In this document: piece after piece, positions 38,041-52,970 of the stretch
Position numbering within the stretch: position 1 is the first letter of the stretch
How the letters are laid out: every line of letters begins with the position of its first letter
Assembly (NCBI GenBank): GCA_963575745.1
Contig: CAUYUJ010000141.1
Coordinates: 62,001-117,710 of the forward strand
Direction of reading: 5' to 3'
DNA: 55,710 nt
From: Prorocentrum cordatum
Taxonomy: Eukaryota
Translations under genes and position numbers: made by a program
Notes under the pieces: model-generated
Databases searched by the model: none
Seen by the model: the letters and a program-made list of their open reading frames with translations, nothing else
What the model was told of the DNA's origin: nothing

Positions 38041-38309
38041 AGGAACCAAAGACTCCTTTCTGCACAATGCAGCTCGAGACGAGGGGGACCCCAGCGGTGA
38101 GGCCAGGCTGAGCAGGAGGTAAGCTCTGCCCTAACCTGGTTACCGCCGGGGACCTCGTAGAGCTCCTCGCACCCTCGAGAGTGCTCGGAAAAAAAGCAGA
38201 GAGCTTCAGATATGATCTTCTTAAACATTTCAAACAAGGTATTTCCTATGTCCCCATCCGACCCTGAAAGTGTTCGGCGCGAGGTCGAGAAACCGAGTAG
38301 CGAAGATGC

Positions 38310-38909
38310 ATTCACACATACAAGCACACGCACACACGAGCACAAACGAGCACATACAGACACACAACAGACACGCAACACACCTAAAAACACAGACATA
38401 CAGAGAAACATGAAACCACGCGTAGGACAGCATGCGAACACACACACATACACACTCACGCACACACAGACACGCACGCACGCACGCGTTCACACATAAT
38501 CATATATATATATATGTATTATACATACATACATACATACACACAGGCGCACACACCCCTACACACAAGCCGCCCACGCGCGCCTCGCCCCCCGCCCTCT
38601 CCGCCGGCGCTCCGGAGGAGGGAGGCGCTGCGCCATTCCGGGGCCGGCCCTCCCCCCACTCCACCCACACCGCCCCCGCGGCGCGCCCGAGGCAGGGGAG
38701 AGAGAGAGAGAAAGGGGGGGGGCGCGCGGACCACGGCGCCACCGAGGGCGCGCGCGCGCACACGCACGCGCACGCACGCACACAGAATCACACACGAGCA
38801 CAGACACAAACACACATCCACACGCGCGCGCATACTCATCCACGCGCGCCCATTCATGCGCGCGCACCCCACACGCACGCCCATGCCCACACACACACAC
38901 ACACAGACG

Positions 38910-38949
<40 letters not shown>

Positions 38950-39048
38950 TACCAAACACACGCGCACCCACTCATACAAACAGAAACACACGCAAACGGA
39001 AAAGCACACACACACACACACACACACACGCACGAACACACAGGCACA

Positions 39049-39089
<41 letters not shown>

Positions 39090-39461
39090 CAGACACACAC
39101 ACGCACCAGACACACGAACGCAATCGCGAACACCCACAGAAAAGACGCACTGAGAACAGAGACAGTCACACAAGCAAACGCACACACACACACGCACAAA
39201 CGAACACACTTACAGCCACACCCACGTCACACGAACGAACACTTACAAACACACGCACGAGCCCCCCCCCGACCCCCTCCCGGCGCTCCGGAGGGGGGAG
39301 GCACCGCCGCATCTTGGGGCCGGCCCTCCCCCCACTCAAACCACTCCGCCCTCGCGGGGCGCCGGAGGAAGGGGGAGGGGGAGCGCGGGGTTGCGAGCGC
39401 CGCGCGCGCACACACACACGCACTGACACACACACGCACACACACACGCATACACACGCGC

Positions 39462-39515
<54 letters not shown>

Positions 39516-39544
39516 CGGACAGACAGACAGACCGACAGACAGAC

Positions 39545-39579
<35 letters not shown>

Positions 39580-39632
39580 GACAGACAGACAGACAGACAG
39601 ACACACACACACACGCACAGACAGCCAGACAC

Positions 39633-39671
<39 letters not shown>

Positions 39672-42557
39672 CACACAGGCATACAGACACACAGACACAC
39701 AGACACACAGACACACAGACACACGGACACACAGACACCCGGGCAACCAGACACACAGACACACAGACACACAGACACACAGACACACAGACACACAGAC
39801 AGACACACAGACAGACAGACACACACACACACACAGACACACAAACACAGAGACCCACAGACACACAGACACACAGACACACAGACACACGGACACACAG
39901 ACACACAGACAACACACACACAGACAGACAGACACACGGCCATACAGACACAAAAAACACACGGACACACAGACACACAGACACACAGACACAGGCACAG
40001 AGACACACAGACACACAGACACACAGACACACAGACACACAGACACACGGACACATAGACACACAGACACACAGACACACAGACACACAGAAACACAGAC
40101 ACGTAGACACACAGACACACAGACATACAGACACACAAATACACAGACACACAGGCACACAGACACTCAAGCACACAGACACACAGAGCACCAGATTCAC
40201 AGACACACAGACACACAGAAACACAGACACACGGACACACAGACACGCAGACACCCAGACACGCAGACACGCAGACACACCAACACACAGACACGCAGAC
40301 ACAAGCACACACAGACACGCAGGCACAAAGGCACACAGGCACACAGACACACAGACACCCAGACAACCAGACACACAGACACACAGACAAACAAATACAC
40401 AGACACACTGACACACTGACACACAGACGCACAAAAACACGGACACACAGACACACAGACACATAGACACACAGACACATAGACACACAAACACACTGAC
40501 TGGCAGACAGAACCCCCCCCCACCCCAACCCACCACACCCCCTTTCCGGCACTCCGGAGGGGGGAGGCACCGCCCCATTTTGGGGCCGGCCCTCCCTCCA
40601 CTCCAACCACTCCGCCCTCGCGGAGCGCCCGAGAAAGGGGAAGGGCGGGGGGGGGCCAGCACGGGGCTGCCAGCGCCGCGCGCGCACGCACACACACACA
40701 CTGACACACACACACGCACGCATACACACACACGCAAATACACGCGCACAGACACACAGACAGACAGACACACACACACAGACGCACCGAAAGACAACAC
40801 AGACAGATCCACAGGCAGACAGACACACAGACACACAGACAGACGGACACGCAGACACACGGACACACAGACACGCAGACACAAGGACACACAGACACAC
40901 AGCCAACCAGTCACACAGACACACAGACATCCAGACACGCAGATACTCAGACACACAAACACGCGGACACACAAACACACAGCCATGCACACACACAGAC
41001 ACGGACACACGGACACAAAAGACACACGGACATACAGACACGCAAACCCAGACACACAGACACACAGACACACAAACACACAGACACACAGACACACAAA
41101 AACACAGACACACACGCACACAGACACACGGACACACAGACACACAAACACACAGACACACAGGCACACAGACACACGGACACACGGAACACAGACACCA
41201 ACACACAGACACACAGACACACCAACACAAAAACACACAGACACACAGACACACAGACACACAGACACACCGACACACAGACACACAGAAACACAGACAC
41301 ACAGACACACGGACACGCAGTCACGCAGACACACAACCACACGGACACACACACACGGACACACAGACACGCAATCACACAGACACACAGACACAGAAAC
41401 AACCAGACACACAGATGCACAGACACACAGACACACAGACACACAGACACGCGGACACACTGACAGACTGACACCCAGACACCAAGACACACAGACACAC
41501 ATACACATAGACACACAGACACACTGACACACTGACACACTGAAACACAGACACACAGCCACACTGACACACGGACACACGGACACGCAGACACACAGAC
41601 ACATAGGCCGCCAGACACACAGATACACAGACACAAAAACACACGGACACAAAGACAGACAGACAAACACACACACACAGGAACAGGGACACACAGACAC
41701 AGAGACCCACAGACCCACAGACACACAGACGCACAGACAAGCGGACACTCAGACACACAGACACACAGACACACAGAAACACAAACACACAGAAAGACAG
41801 AAAGACAGAAACACAGGCACACAGGCACACAGACACACAGACACACAGACACACAGACACACAGACACACAGACACACAGACACACAGACACGCAGACAC
41901 ACAGACACACAGACATAAAGACACACAAATACAAAGACACACAGACACACAGACACTCAAGCACACTGACACACAGATGCACAGACACACAGACAAACGG
42001 ACACTCAGACACACAGACACACAGAAACACAGACACACAGACACACAGGCACACGCATACACGCACACAGACACACAGACCCAAGGACACACCGACACGC
42101 AGGCAAAAAGGCACACAGGCACACAGACACACACAGACAGACACACAGACACACACAAACGGATACACCGACACACTGACACACTGACACACAGACACAC
42201 AGACGCAAAAAAGAAACAGACACACAGACACACAGACACACAGACACACAGACACACAGAAAAAGGGACACCCAGACACACAGACACACAGACACACAGA
42301 CACACAGAGACACAGACACATTGACACACTGACACACTGACACACAGAAACAAAGACACGCAGACACACAGAGACACACACACACAGACACACAGACTCA
42401 CAGACACACAGACACACAGACAAGGCAACACAAACACACAGACACACAGGAAGACACGCAGACAGAAACACAGGCACACATACAAACAGACACACAGACA
42501 CACTGACTCACAGACACACAGACACACAGACACACAGACACACAGACACACAGACAC

Positions 42558-42588
<31 letters not shown>

Positions 42589-45451
42589 TAGACACACAGA
42601 CACAAAGACCCACAGACACACAAGCACACAGACACACAGACACACGGACACACGGACACACGGACAAACTCTCACACAGACAGACAGACATACGGCCATA
42701 CAGACACAAAAGACACACGGACACACAGACACACAGACACACGGACACACAGACACACCGGCAATCAGACATACAGACACACAGACAGACAGACACACAG
42801 ACACACAGACACACAGACACACGGACACATAGACACACAGACACACAGACACACAGACAAACAGACACACAGAAACACAAACACGGAGACACACAGACAC
42901 ACAGCCATACAGACACACAAATACACAGACACACAGACACACAGACACTCAAGCACACAGACACACAGACACTCAAGCACACAGACACTCAGACACACAG
43001 ACACATAGACACACGGACACACAGACACGCAGACACACAGACACGCGGCTACGAAGGACACACAGATACGCAGGCACAAAGGCACACAGGCACACAGACA
43101 CACAAACACCCAGACAGACAGACACACAGACACACAGACAAACGGATACACAGACACACTGACACACTGACACACAGACGCACAAAAACACCGACACACA
43201 GACACACAGACACATAGACACACAGACAGGCAGACAGAGCCCCCCCACCCACCACACCCCCTTCCAGCGCTCCGGAGGGGGGAGGCGCCGCCCCATTTGG
43301 GGGCCGGCCCTCCCTCCACTCCAACCACTCCGCCCTCGCGGAGCGCCCGTAAGGGGGGGGGGGGGGGCCGGCAGCGCGGGGCCGCCAGCGCCGCGCGCGC
43401 ACACACTCACACACTGACACGCACACACGCACGCGCACACACACACGCAAATTCACGCGCACAGACAGACAGACAGACACACACACACAGACGCACAGAA
43501 AGACAAACACACAGACAGATCCACAAACAGAGAGACACACAGACACGCAGACACACACACACACACAGACACGCAGACACAAGGATACACAGACACACAG
43601 ACAACCAGTCACACAGACAACCAGTCACACAGACACACAGAGACCCAGACACGCAGACACTCAGACACACAGACACACGAACACACAAACACACAGACAT
43701 ACAAACACACAGACACGAGCACACGGACACAAGGACACAAAAGACCCGGACATACAGACACACAGACAAACAGACACAGAGACAAACAGACACAGAGACA
43801 CACAGACACACAGAAACACAGGCACACAGACACAAAGACACACAGACACACATACACACAGACACGCGAACTTACAGACACACAGAAACACGGACACACA
43901 AACACACAGACACTCAGACACACAGACACACTGACACACGAACACACAGACACCAACACACAGACACACAGACACACCAACACAAAAACACACAGGACAC
44001 ACAGACATGCAGACACACAGACACACAGAGACACATACACACAGACACACAGACACATGATTACACGGACACGCTGACACACAGACACACAGACACACAC
44101 GCACACACACACGGACCCACAGACACGCAGACACACAGACACAGAGACATACAGACACACAAATACAAGGATAAGCACTCACCCAGACACACAGACACAT
44201 AGACACATAGACAAACAGACACACTGGCACTCTGACACAGTGACACACTGACACACATAAACATAGACACACAGACACACTGACACACGGACACACAGAC
44301 ACACAGGCAATCAGACATACAGACACACAGACAGACAGACAGACAGACACACACACAGACACACAGGCATACAGACACACAGACACACAGGCACACAGAC
44401 ACACAGACACACGGACACACAGACACACAGGCAACCAGACACACAGACACACAGACACACAGACACACAGACACACAGACAGACAGACACACAGAAAGAC
44501 AGACAGACACACACACAGACACACAAACACAGAGACCCACAGACACACATAAACACAGACACACAGACACACGGACACACGGACACACAGACAACACACA
44601 CACACAGACAGACAGACAGACACACGGCCATACAGACACAAGCACACGGACACACAGACACAAAGACACACAGACACAGGCACACAGACACACAGACACA
44701 CAGACAAACAGACACAAAGACACACAGACACACAGACACACGGACACACGGACACATAGACACACAGACACACAGACACACAGAAACACAGACACGCAGA
44801 CACACAGACACACAGACACACAGACATACAGACACCCAAATACACAGACACACAGACACTCAAGCACACAGACACACAGAGCACCATATTCACACACACA
44901 GAAACACAAACACACAGACACACGGACACACAGACACGCAGACACACAGACACGCAGACACGCAGACACACCAACACACAGACACGCAGACACAAGGGCA
45001 CACAGACACGCATGCACAAAGGCACACAGGCACACAGACACACAGACACCCAGACACCCAGACACACAGACACACAGACAAACAGATACACAGACACACT
45101 GACACACTGACACACTGACACACATACACACAAAAACACAGACACACAGAAGCATAGACACACAGACACATAGACACACAGACACACTGACTGGCAGACA
45201 GAGCCCCCCCCCCCCCCCACCCACCACACCCCCTTCCGGCGCTCCGGAGGGGGGAGGCACCGCCCCATTTTGGGGCCGGCCCTCCCTCCACGGACCAACC
45301 ACTCCGCCCTCGCGGAGCGCCCGAGAAAGGGAGAGGCGGGGGGGGGGCCAGCGCGGGGCTGCCAGCGCCGCGCGCGCACGCACACGCGCACGCACGCGCG
45401 CTGACACGCACGCGCGCACGCGCGCACGCACACGCACGCAAATGCACGCGC

Positions 45452-45494
<43 letters not shown>

Positions 45495-47314
45495 CACACA
45501 CAGACGCACAGAAAGACAACACAGACAGATCCACAGGCAGACAGACACACAGACACACAGACAGACGGACACGCAGACACACGGACACGCAGACACGCAG
45601 ACACAAGGATGCACAGACACACAGCCAACCAGTCACACAGACACACAGACATCCAGACACGCAGATACTCAGACACACAGACACGCGGACGCACGAACAC
45701 ACAGCCATGCAGAAACACAGACACGGACACACGGACACAAAAGACACACGGACATACAGACACACAAAACCCAAACGCACAGACACACAGACACACAGAC
45801 ACAAAGACACACAGAAACACAGACACACATACACACATACACACGGATACACAGACACACAAACACACAGATTCACAAGCACACAGACACACGGACACAC
45901 AGTACACAGACACCAACACACAGACACACAGACACACCAACACAACAACACTCAGACACACAGACACACAGACACACAGACACACAGGCACACAGACAAA
46001 CAGACACACGGACACGCGGTCACGCAGACGCACGCCCACACGGACACGCACACGGACACACAGACACGCAAACACACAGACACACAAACACAGAAACAAC
46101 CAGACACACAGATGCACAGACACACAGACGCGCAGACACACAGACACGCGGACACACTGACAGACTGACACCCAGACACCAAGACACACAGACACACAGA
46201 CACATAGACACACAAACAGACTGACACACTGACACATTGACACACTGACACACAGAAACACAAACACACAGCCACACTGACACGCGGACACACGGACACA
46301 CAGACACACAGGCCACCACACACACACAGATACACAGACACAAAAACACACTGGCACAAAGACAGACAGACAAACGCACACAGGCACAGGGACACACAGA
46401 CACACAGACACACAGACACACAGACACAGAGACCCACAGACCCACAGACACACAGACGCACAGACAAGCGGACGCTCAGACACACAGACACACAGACACA
46501 CAGACACACAGAAACACAGACACAGAGAAACAGAAAGACAGAAACACAGGCACACAAGCACACAGACACAAAGACACACAGACACACAGACACACAGACA
46601 CACAGACACACAGACACACAGACACGCAGACACACAGACACACAGACGTACAGACACACAGCTACAAAGACCCACAGACACACAGACACTCAAGCACACT
46701 GACACACACACAGCACCAGACACACAGACACACAGACACTCAGACACACAGACACACAGAAACACAAACACACAGACACACAGGCACACGCATACACGCA
46801 CACAGACACACAGACACGAGGACACACAGACACGCAGGCAATAAGGCACACAGGCACACAGACACACAGACAGACAGACACACAGACACACACAAACAAA
46901 TACACCGACACACTGACACACTGACACACAGACACACCGACGCAAAAAAGAAACAGACACACAGACACACAGACGCACAGACACACAGACACACAGAAAC
47001 AGGGACACCCAGACACACAGACATACAGACACACAGACACACAGACACACAGACACACAGACACACAGACACAATGACACACTGACACACTGACACACAG
47101 AAACACAGACACGCAGACACACAGAGACACAAACACACAGACACACAGACTCACAGACACATTGACACACAGACACGGCCACACAAACACACAGACACAC
47201 AGGAAGACACGCAGACAGGAACACAGGCACACATACAAACAGACACACAGACACACTGACTCACAGACACACAGACACACAGACACACAGACACACAGAC
47301 ACACAGACGCACAT

Positions 47315-47345
<31 letters not shown>

Positions 47346-49445
47346 CACAAAGACACACAGACACAAAGACCCACAGACACACAGACACACAGACACACAG
47401 ACACACGGACACACAGACACACGGACAAACTCTCACACAGACAGACAGACAGACGGCCATAGAGACACACAGACACACGGACAAACAGACACACAGACCC
47501 ACAGACCCACAGACACACAGACACAGAGACACACGGACACATAGACACACAGACACACAGACACACAGACAAACAGACACACAGAAACACAGAAACACAG
47601 ACACGGAGACAAACAGACACACAGCCATACAGACACACAAATACACAGACACACAAACACACAAACACTCAAGCACACAGACACACAGACACTCAAGCAC
47701 ACAGACACACAGACACACAGACACATAGACACACGGACACACAGACACGCAGACACACAGACACGCGGCCACGCAGACACACCCACACACAGACACGCAG
47801 GCACAAGGACACACAGACACGAAGGCACAAAGGCACACAGGCACACAGACACACAAACACCCAGACAGACAGACACACAGACACACAGACAAACAGATAA
47901 ACAGACACACTGACACACTGACACACAGACACACAGACACACAGACGCACAAAAACACAGACACACAGATACACAGACACACAGACACACAGACAGGCAG
48001 ACAGAGCCCCCCCACCCAACACACCCCCTTCCAGCGCTCCGGAGGGGGGAGGCGCCGCCCCATGTTGGGGCCGGCCCTCCCTCCACTCCAACCACTCCGC
48101 CCTCGCGGAGCGCCCGGAAGGGGGTGGGGCGGCAGCGCGGGGCTGCCAGCGCCGCGCGCGCACACACTCACACACTGACACGCACGCGCACACGCGCACA
48201 CACACACGCAAATTCACACGAACAGACAGGCAGACACACACACAGACGCACAGAAAGACAGACTCACAGACAGATCCACAGGCAGACAGACACACAGACA
48301 CGCAGACACACACACACAAAGACACGCAGACACAAGGATACACAGACACAGAGACAACCAGTCACACAGACACATACACACCCAGAAACGCAGACACTCA
48401 GACACACAGACACACGAACACACAAACACCCAGACATACAAACACACAGACACGACCACACGGACACACGGACACAAAAGACACGGACGCACAGACACAC
48501 AGACAAACAGACACAGAGACACACAGACGGACATATACACAGACACACAGACACACAGACACACAGACACACATACACACAGACACACGAACTCACAGAC
48601 ACACAGAAACACAGACACACAATCACTCAGACACTCAAACACACAGACACACGGACACACGAACACACAGACACCAGCACACAGACACACGGACACACCA
48701 ACACAAAAACAAACAGGGATCACAGACATTCAGACACACAGACACACAGACACACATACACACAGACACACAAACACACAGACACATGGTTACACGGACA
48801 CGCTGACACACAGACACACAGACACACACACGGGCCCACAGACACACAGACGCACAGACACACAGACACATGGGCACACGGACACGCTGCCACACAGACA
48901 CACGGACGCACACAGACACACAGACACACAGACACACAGACACAGAGACATACAGACACACAAATACAAGGATACACAGAAACACAGACACACAGACACA
49001 CGGACACACTGACAGACGGACACCCAAACACCCAGACACACAGACACACAGACACATAGACACACAGGCAACCAGACATACAGATACACAGACACACAGA
49101 CACACGGACACAAAAAAAGACAGAAAAACACACACAGGCACAGGGACGCACAGATACAAAAACACACAGACACACAAACACACAGACAAAAAGACACGCA
49201 TACACGCAAAAACTTGGACATTCAGACACACAGACACACAGACACACAGACACACAGACACACAGAAAGACAGAAAGACAGAAACACAAGCACACAGACA
49301 CACAGACACAGAGACACACATACACACAAACACACAGACAATCAAGCACACTGACACACGCAGCACCAGACACACAGACACGCAGACACTCAGACACACA
49401 GACACACAGACACACAGACGCACAGAGACGCAGTCACACGCAGAC
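38310..49445. repeat. 11-kb compound microsatellite (ACACAGAC)n/(AGAC)n/(AC)n with higher-order structure
   Basis: Degenerate octamer array, almost T-free on the plus strand, punctuated by a conserved GC-rich spacer at about 38570, 39260, 40500, 43230, 45190, 47995 and, partially, 49445. Confidence 0.95.
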
Positions 49446-49674
49446 GCGGGGCCAGCCCTCCCTCCGCTCCAGCCACTTCGCCCTCACGAAGCGCCAGCGG
49501 AGAGAAAAGACTTGAGGGGGGAGGAGCCGAACCTCGCAGCACAGCCTTGCCCTAGTTTACCCGCTCTCCCCCCCCGTCTTGCTTCCCCACTCTTCCCCCC
49601 TCAACACCCAGCTCCCACCGCACCCGCCGCCCTATCGACCCGCATGCCAGGCGGACCCCGCAGACGGATCCAGC

Positions 49675-51815
49675 TCATTCCCCTGCATATCCACGCACCT
49701 CCCTCGGGCCCCCTCCGAGACCCGCTGCGACGCGCGCGTCGCATCCCCAAAATCGCGGCTGCGCTGGAACGCAGCCAAGTTCTCGATCCTTCCCGCGCCG
49801 AAACCTGTCACCACTCGCGCGGCGCCGCCGCCACTCGACGGCCCAGACGGCTCCGCGCGCCTCGGGCGCACCAGTACCCCCCCCCGTATATACGCGCCCT
49901 CGCCCGCGGCAGCCCCCTCCTCGACCGCGACGGGGCCGGGCGCAGCTCGCGCCGCCAAACGCGCCGAGCTCCTCCGCGGGACCCCCGCCTCTGACCGAGG
50001 CTCCACCATTCGTTTCCCCGACGCTGAAACCCGCACCGCCTCCACCGCTGCCGCATCTTTCCCCCCCGCGACACTCGCGCACGCCACATCGCCACCTAGA
50101 CCCCCGCCGCCCGCGCGCGCCCCCCCGGACCCTCGAGCACCTCGGACGCGCCCTGGCCCAGCGACGTCGCGCTCCCCGCCGACATCCCTGACTCCAGCCG
50201 CGCCCGCCGCGCCACCCGCCGCCCCAGCATCCGAGCGAGGCGTCGCCGTCTTTTCCCGTGCCCGCCGCGCGGCGGAACGCGGAGCGGCGCCACCAGGCGA
50301 GCCAGAGACCCCCCCCTCCCTCGGAGACACCGCCCCCCCCGCCAACCCCAGCGGTCAAGTCGTGGGCGCCTGCCGCGCCCCTTGACTCGGCTGCGCCCGA
50401 AGCCCTGCCCTTCGTCGTGACCGCTCGCCGCCCAGCCGCACCATCACCATCGACGGCGCGCCCCTCCCCTGACGTCGAAACCGCACACTTCCTCCGCAGG
50501 CGCCTGCTCGCGGAACGCGGCTCGGCGGCGGCACCCGAGACAACGCCCTCCCTGCGTCCTCCACGGCCTGGCCCTGCACCAACTCCACCGCCGGACGTAG
50601 GCTCACCCCTCGACCCAACAGACGCCGAAGCCCCGGCCCGATCGCCAGCGACGCCGCCCGCGCGCCCGTTCCCTCGGGCCGCCGACGCCCCACTCCCCCC
50701 CTCGCGCTCCGTCGCTCCGTCGGCGCCACCACCACCAGCCCCACCCCCGCCCCATCCGCCGCCACCAGACGCACTCGCATCACCGCCCCCCGGCCCACTC
50801 CCGCCACTGCCCTGCCCCTCACGCGCTGCGTCCACCTCGGACGCACCTGCGCCCGCGCCCTGCCCCTGACCGCGGCCCAGGCGGCAATACACTGCCATGT
50901 ACGCCTCCTTCTGCTTGATGTGCGCCGGCTCGTCTCGGATCAAGCGCGGTGGCTCGTCGTCGTCAAACAAGAAGTACCTCCCATCATGAACGCGGCACAG
51001 AGTCGTGTAATGGCCGCAATTAACTGACCGCCCATTATGGTAGACCACACCGACCAACTGCATCTGGGGAAGCCCTGGCAGCCTCAGTTGCTCTTCCACC
51101 CACACTGCCTCCCGCGCCTCGGAGCCCCTCCGCAATTGAACCACCAGAACCTGTGGCACACCAGTGGCTCTCGTCTGCCTCACGTGCTTAACCCGGTCGC
51201 GCTCGTCGCGGCAGCACCCCGGGCAGCTCTTCTCGATATCTTCAGGAGCACAAAAATCGCAGTACAACTCCTGCAGCATCAAGGGCCCACCTGGACGCCC
51301 ATGAACACGAAGCTTCAGCACATCCTCAGCCTCGTACGCGACAGTCTCGTAATTGCACACGTCACACTTCTCCCGCTTCTCCACGACGAACCCGAACATC
51401 TGATCAACTCACGTCACCCGCAGATTCACCGCGCGGATGCTATCGGGTTCCCGCTGCGCAAACCGACCTGCCAACATCTCTGCGTCACGCGCAGCCACCA
51501 ACAGCTTACCCCAATACGCAAACACATCCTGCTGCTGCCACGGGTCATTGAACTCACTCGGCCGCCCCATCACATCGTCGTCGCAGTCAACGCTCGTACG
51601 CCGCAGCACACTCACAGGTCCCTGCTGCCAGCGTCGCGAGCACAACTGGTTGTACGTCTCCCACATCCCGCACACGCAACAACGCCCCGTGCCCCGGTCT
51701 TCGCACTGCTGCTCTGAATGCCATCGAAGCCACTCCAAGACGGCAGGCGTCCGCAACATCAGCTGCGTCACACTGACTACGTAGCAGGTGTGCCATGGCC
51801 GCGGCATCCCTCGAA
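49675..51815 (-). pseudogene. USP/peptidase C19-like deubiquitinase domain with a Gly/Ala/Arg-rich tail; in-frame TGA at 51409-51411
   Basis: Cys box GMPRPWHTCYVVSVTQL, QQQDV box, CDVC and CPGC Zn pairs, PQVLVVQLRR, His box GVVYHNG...GHY, then FDD and AYMAVY. Confidence 0.85.
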
Positions 51816-52229
51816 CGGGCACGCACCGCACGCTGTCCCACGAAGCCGCGCGAATGCCAGCCACGTTCGGGACATACATGTCTGCCGGGCACGGTGGCGG
51901 CGGAGGCGGGCAGGGGCTCGGCGGCGGCGGAACCGGGCGACCCAAAGCAAACAACCTCTGTGGCCCGAACGCTGCGGATATCGCTTGTTCCCGACGGCGC
52001 TGTCGGCGGCCGGCAGCCCGCTGCTGCGTCCGCAAGTACGCCTCTCGATCTCGTTCCTGCGCCAGCTGCCGGGCCAGCGCCGCGGCCTCTCGACCACGCT
52101 GTAACCGACTCTGAACCTCCACACCCTCCAGTCTCTGTGACTGATCGCGCGTCGCCTGCAGCACGACTCGCGCGCGCTGCGCCACGGCCCTCCTCTTCTG
52201 CTCCCGAGATCCAAAGCACGCGTGGGCAC

Positions 52230-52970
52230 GCACATACCCGAACAGCCCATAGTGGTCGGACATGTGGAACTCGGAACCCTCGAAGAACACCTACCCTTTC
52301 CCTACCAAGTGCACCTCGGACCAGAGATCCGCTCCAAAGAGCACCCGGTCACGTCTCTGGCCGACAGCCCCCCTCTCGCCGAGCCCCGAATAGAACTTAT
52401 TGCCGGGGCAACCCCAGGATCGGCCCTCATACCATGCGTCCCTCAGACGCAACTGCTCCACGGCTGCCTGCACCTGCGCATCCGTGCTGTTCATGTCGCC
52501 CACGATGAGCAGCCGATGGCATTCGTCCCCGCACTTCGCCACAATCTTCCCAAGTATCGCACGACGCCGTTCCATGACGCGTCCGTGGGCAGGTGCACCG
52601 CCGCCACGTGCACATGCCCATCGCCGCCGGCGCCGCCGTCTCCGGGCACCTGGACACGGCACAGCACGCACGGATCCTGCCCTGGCACAGCCACAGATTC
52701 CGCCCGCAGACCGTGCCTGACGTACAGATGCACATACCCCCTGGGCTCGTGCGCCTGCGCAACGCCCGCCAATTGAAACTCCCCTGACAGCTCCTCGTAC
52801 GCACCCCCGCCCTCGCACTCCTGCAAGGCAACGACGTCACACCCGCGCGCCTGCCTCCAACGGAGCACCTCGCCAAGAACCGCGGCGCGCTGATCCCGCG
52901 CGGACCAGGAATGCGGCGCCACGGCAGCGCGATGCCCACCAGCAATGTTCCACGTCGCAAACGACAACGT
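52230..52970 (-). pseudogene. EEP/APE-type endonuclease domain; frameshift near 52580 and in-frame TAG at 52291-52293
   Basis: Motifs FATWNI, DVVALQE, AAVHL, IVGDMN, DRV and SDHYGL in canonical order across three ORF fragments. Confidence 0.88.

Larger units (their letters stand above)
32172..38132 (-). mobile_element. Non-LTR retrotransposon 2 (~6.0 kb), a divergent relative of LINE 1; 3' tail CTCAAACTCAAAA
   Basis: Bounded by the 9-bp TSD AACCTGGTT; same domain order as LINE 1; 3' UTR at 32172-32386. Confidence 0.93.

Noticed and set aside
38040..38132. HDV-like ribozyme at the LINE 2 5' end
   Set aside because: The sequence is GC-rich, but I could not build the P1/P2/P3/P1.1 nested pseudoknot by eye. 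An Infernal or RNArobo search would be needed.
26339..38132. LTR or DIRS retrotransposon, or a simple tandem duplication of one LINE
   Set aside because: No LTRs, integrase or tyrosine recombinase are present. The two elements have different tails, UTRs and TSD lengths and only motif-level protein similarity, so they are independent insertions.
38212..49994. Very long Cys/Val-rich and Thr/His/Arg-rich ORFs (up to 1197 aa)
   Set aside because: These are artefacts of a microsatellite that lacks stop codons in most frames.
30608..52293. Alternative genetic code (TGA=Trp, TAR=Gln), suggested by five in-frame stops at 30608, 36691, 37093, 51409 and 52291
   Set aside because: ORFs of more than 1000 codons contain no such codons and use TGG and CAR freely. 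Each stop is one transition from CAA, CAG, CGA or TGG, and frameshifts co-occur, so decay or sequencing error is simpler.
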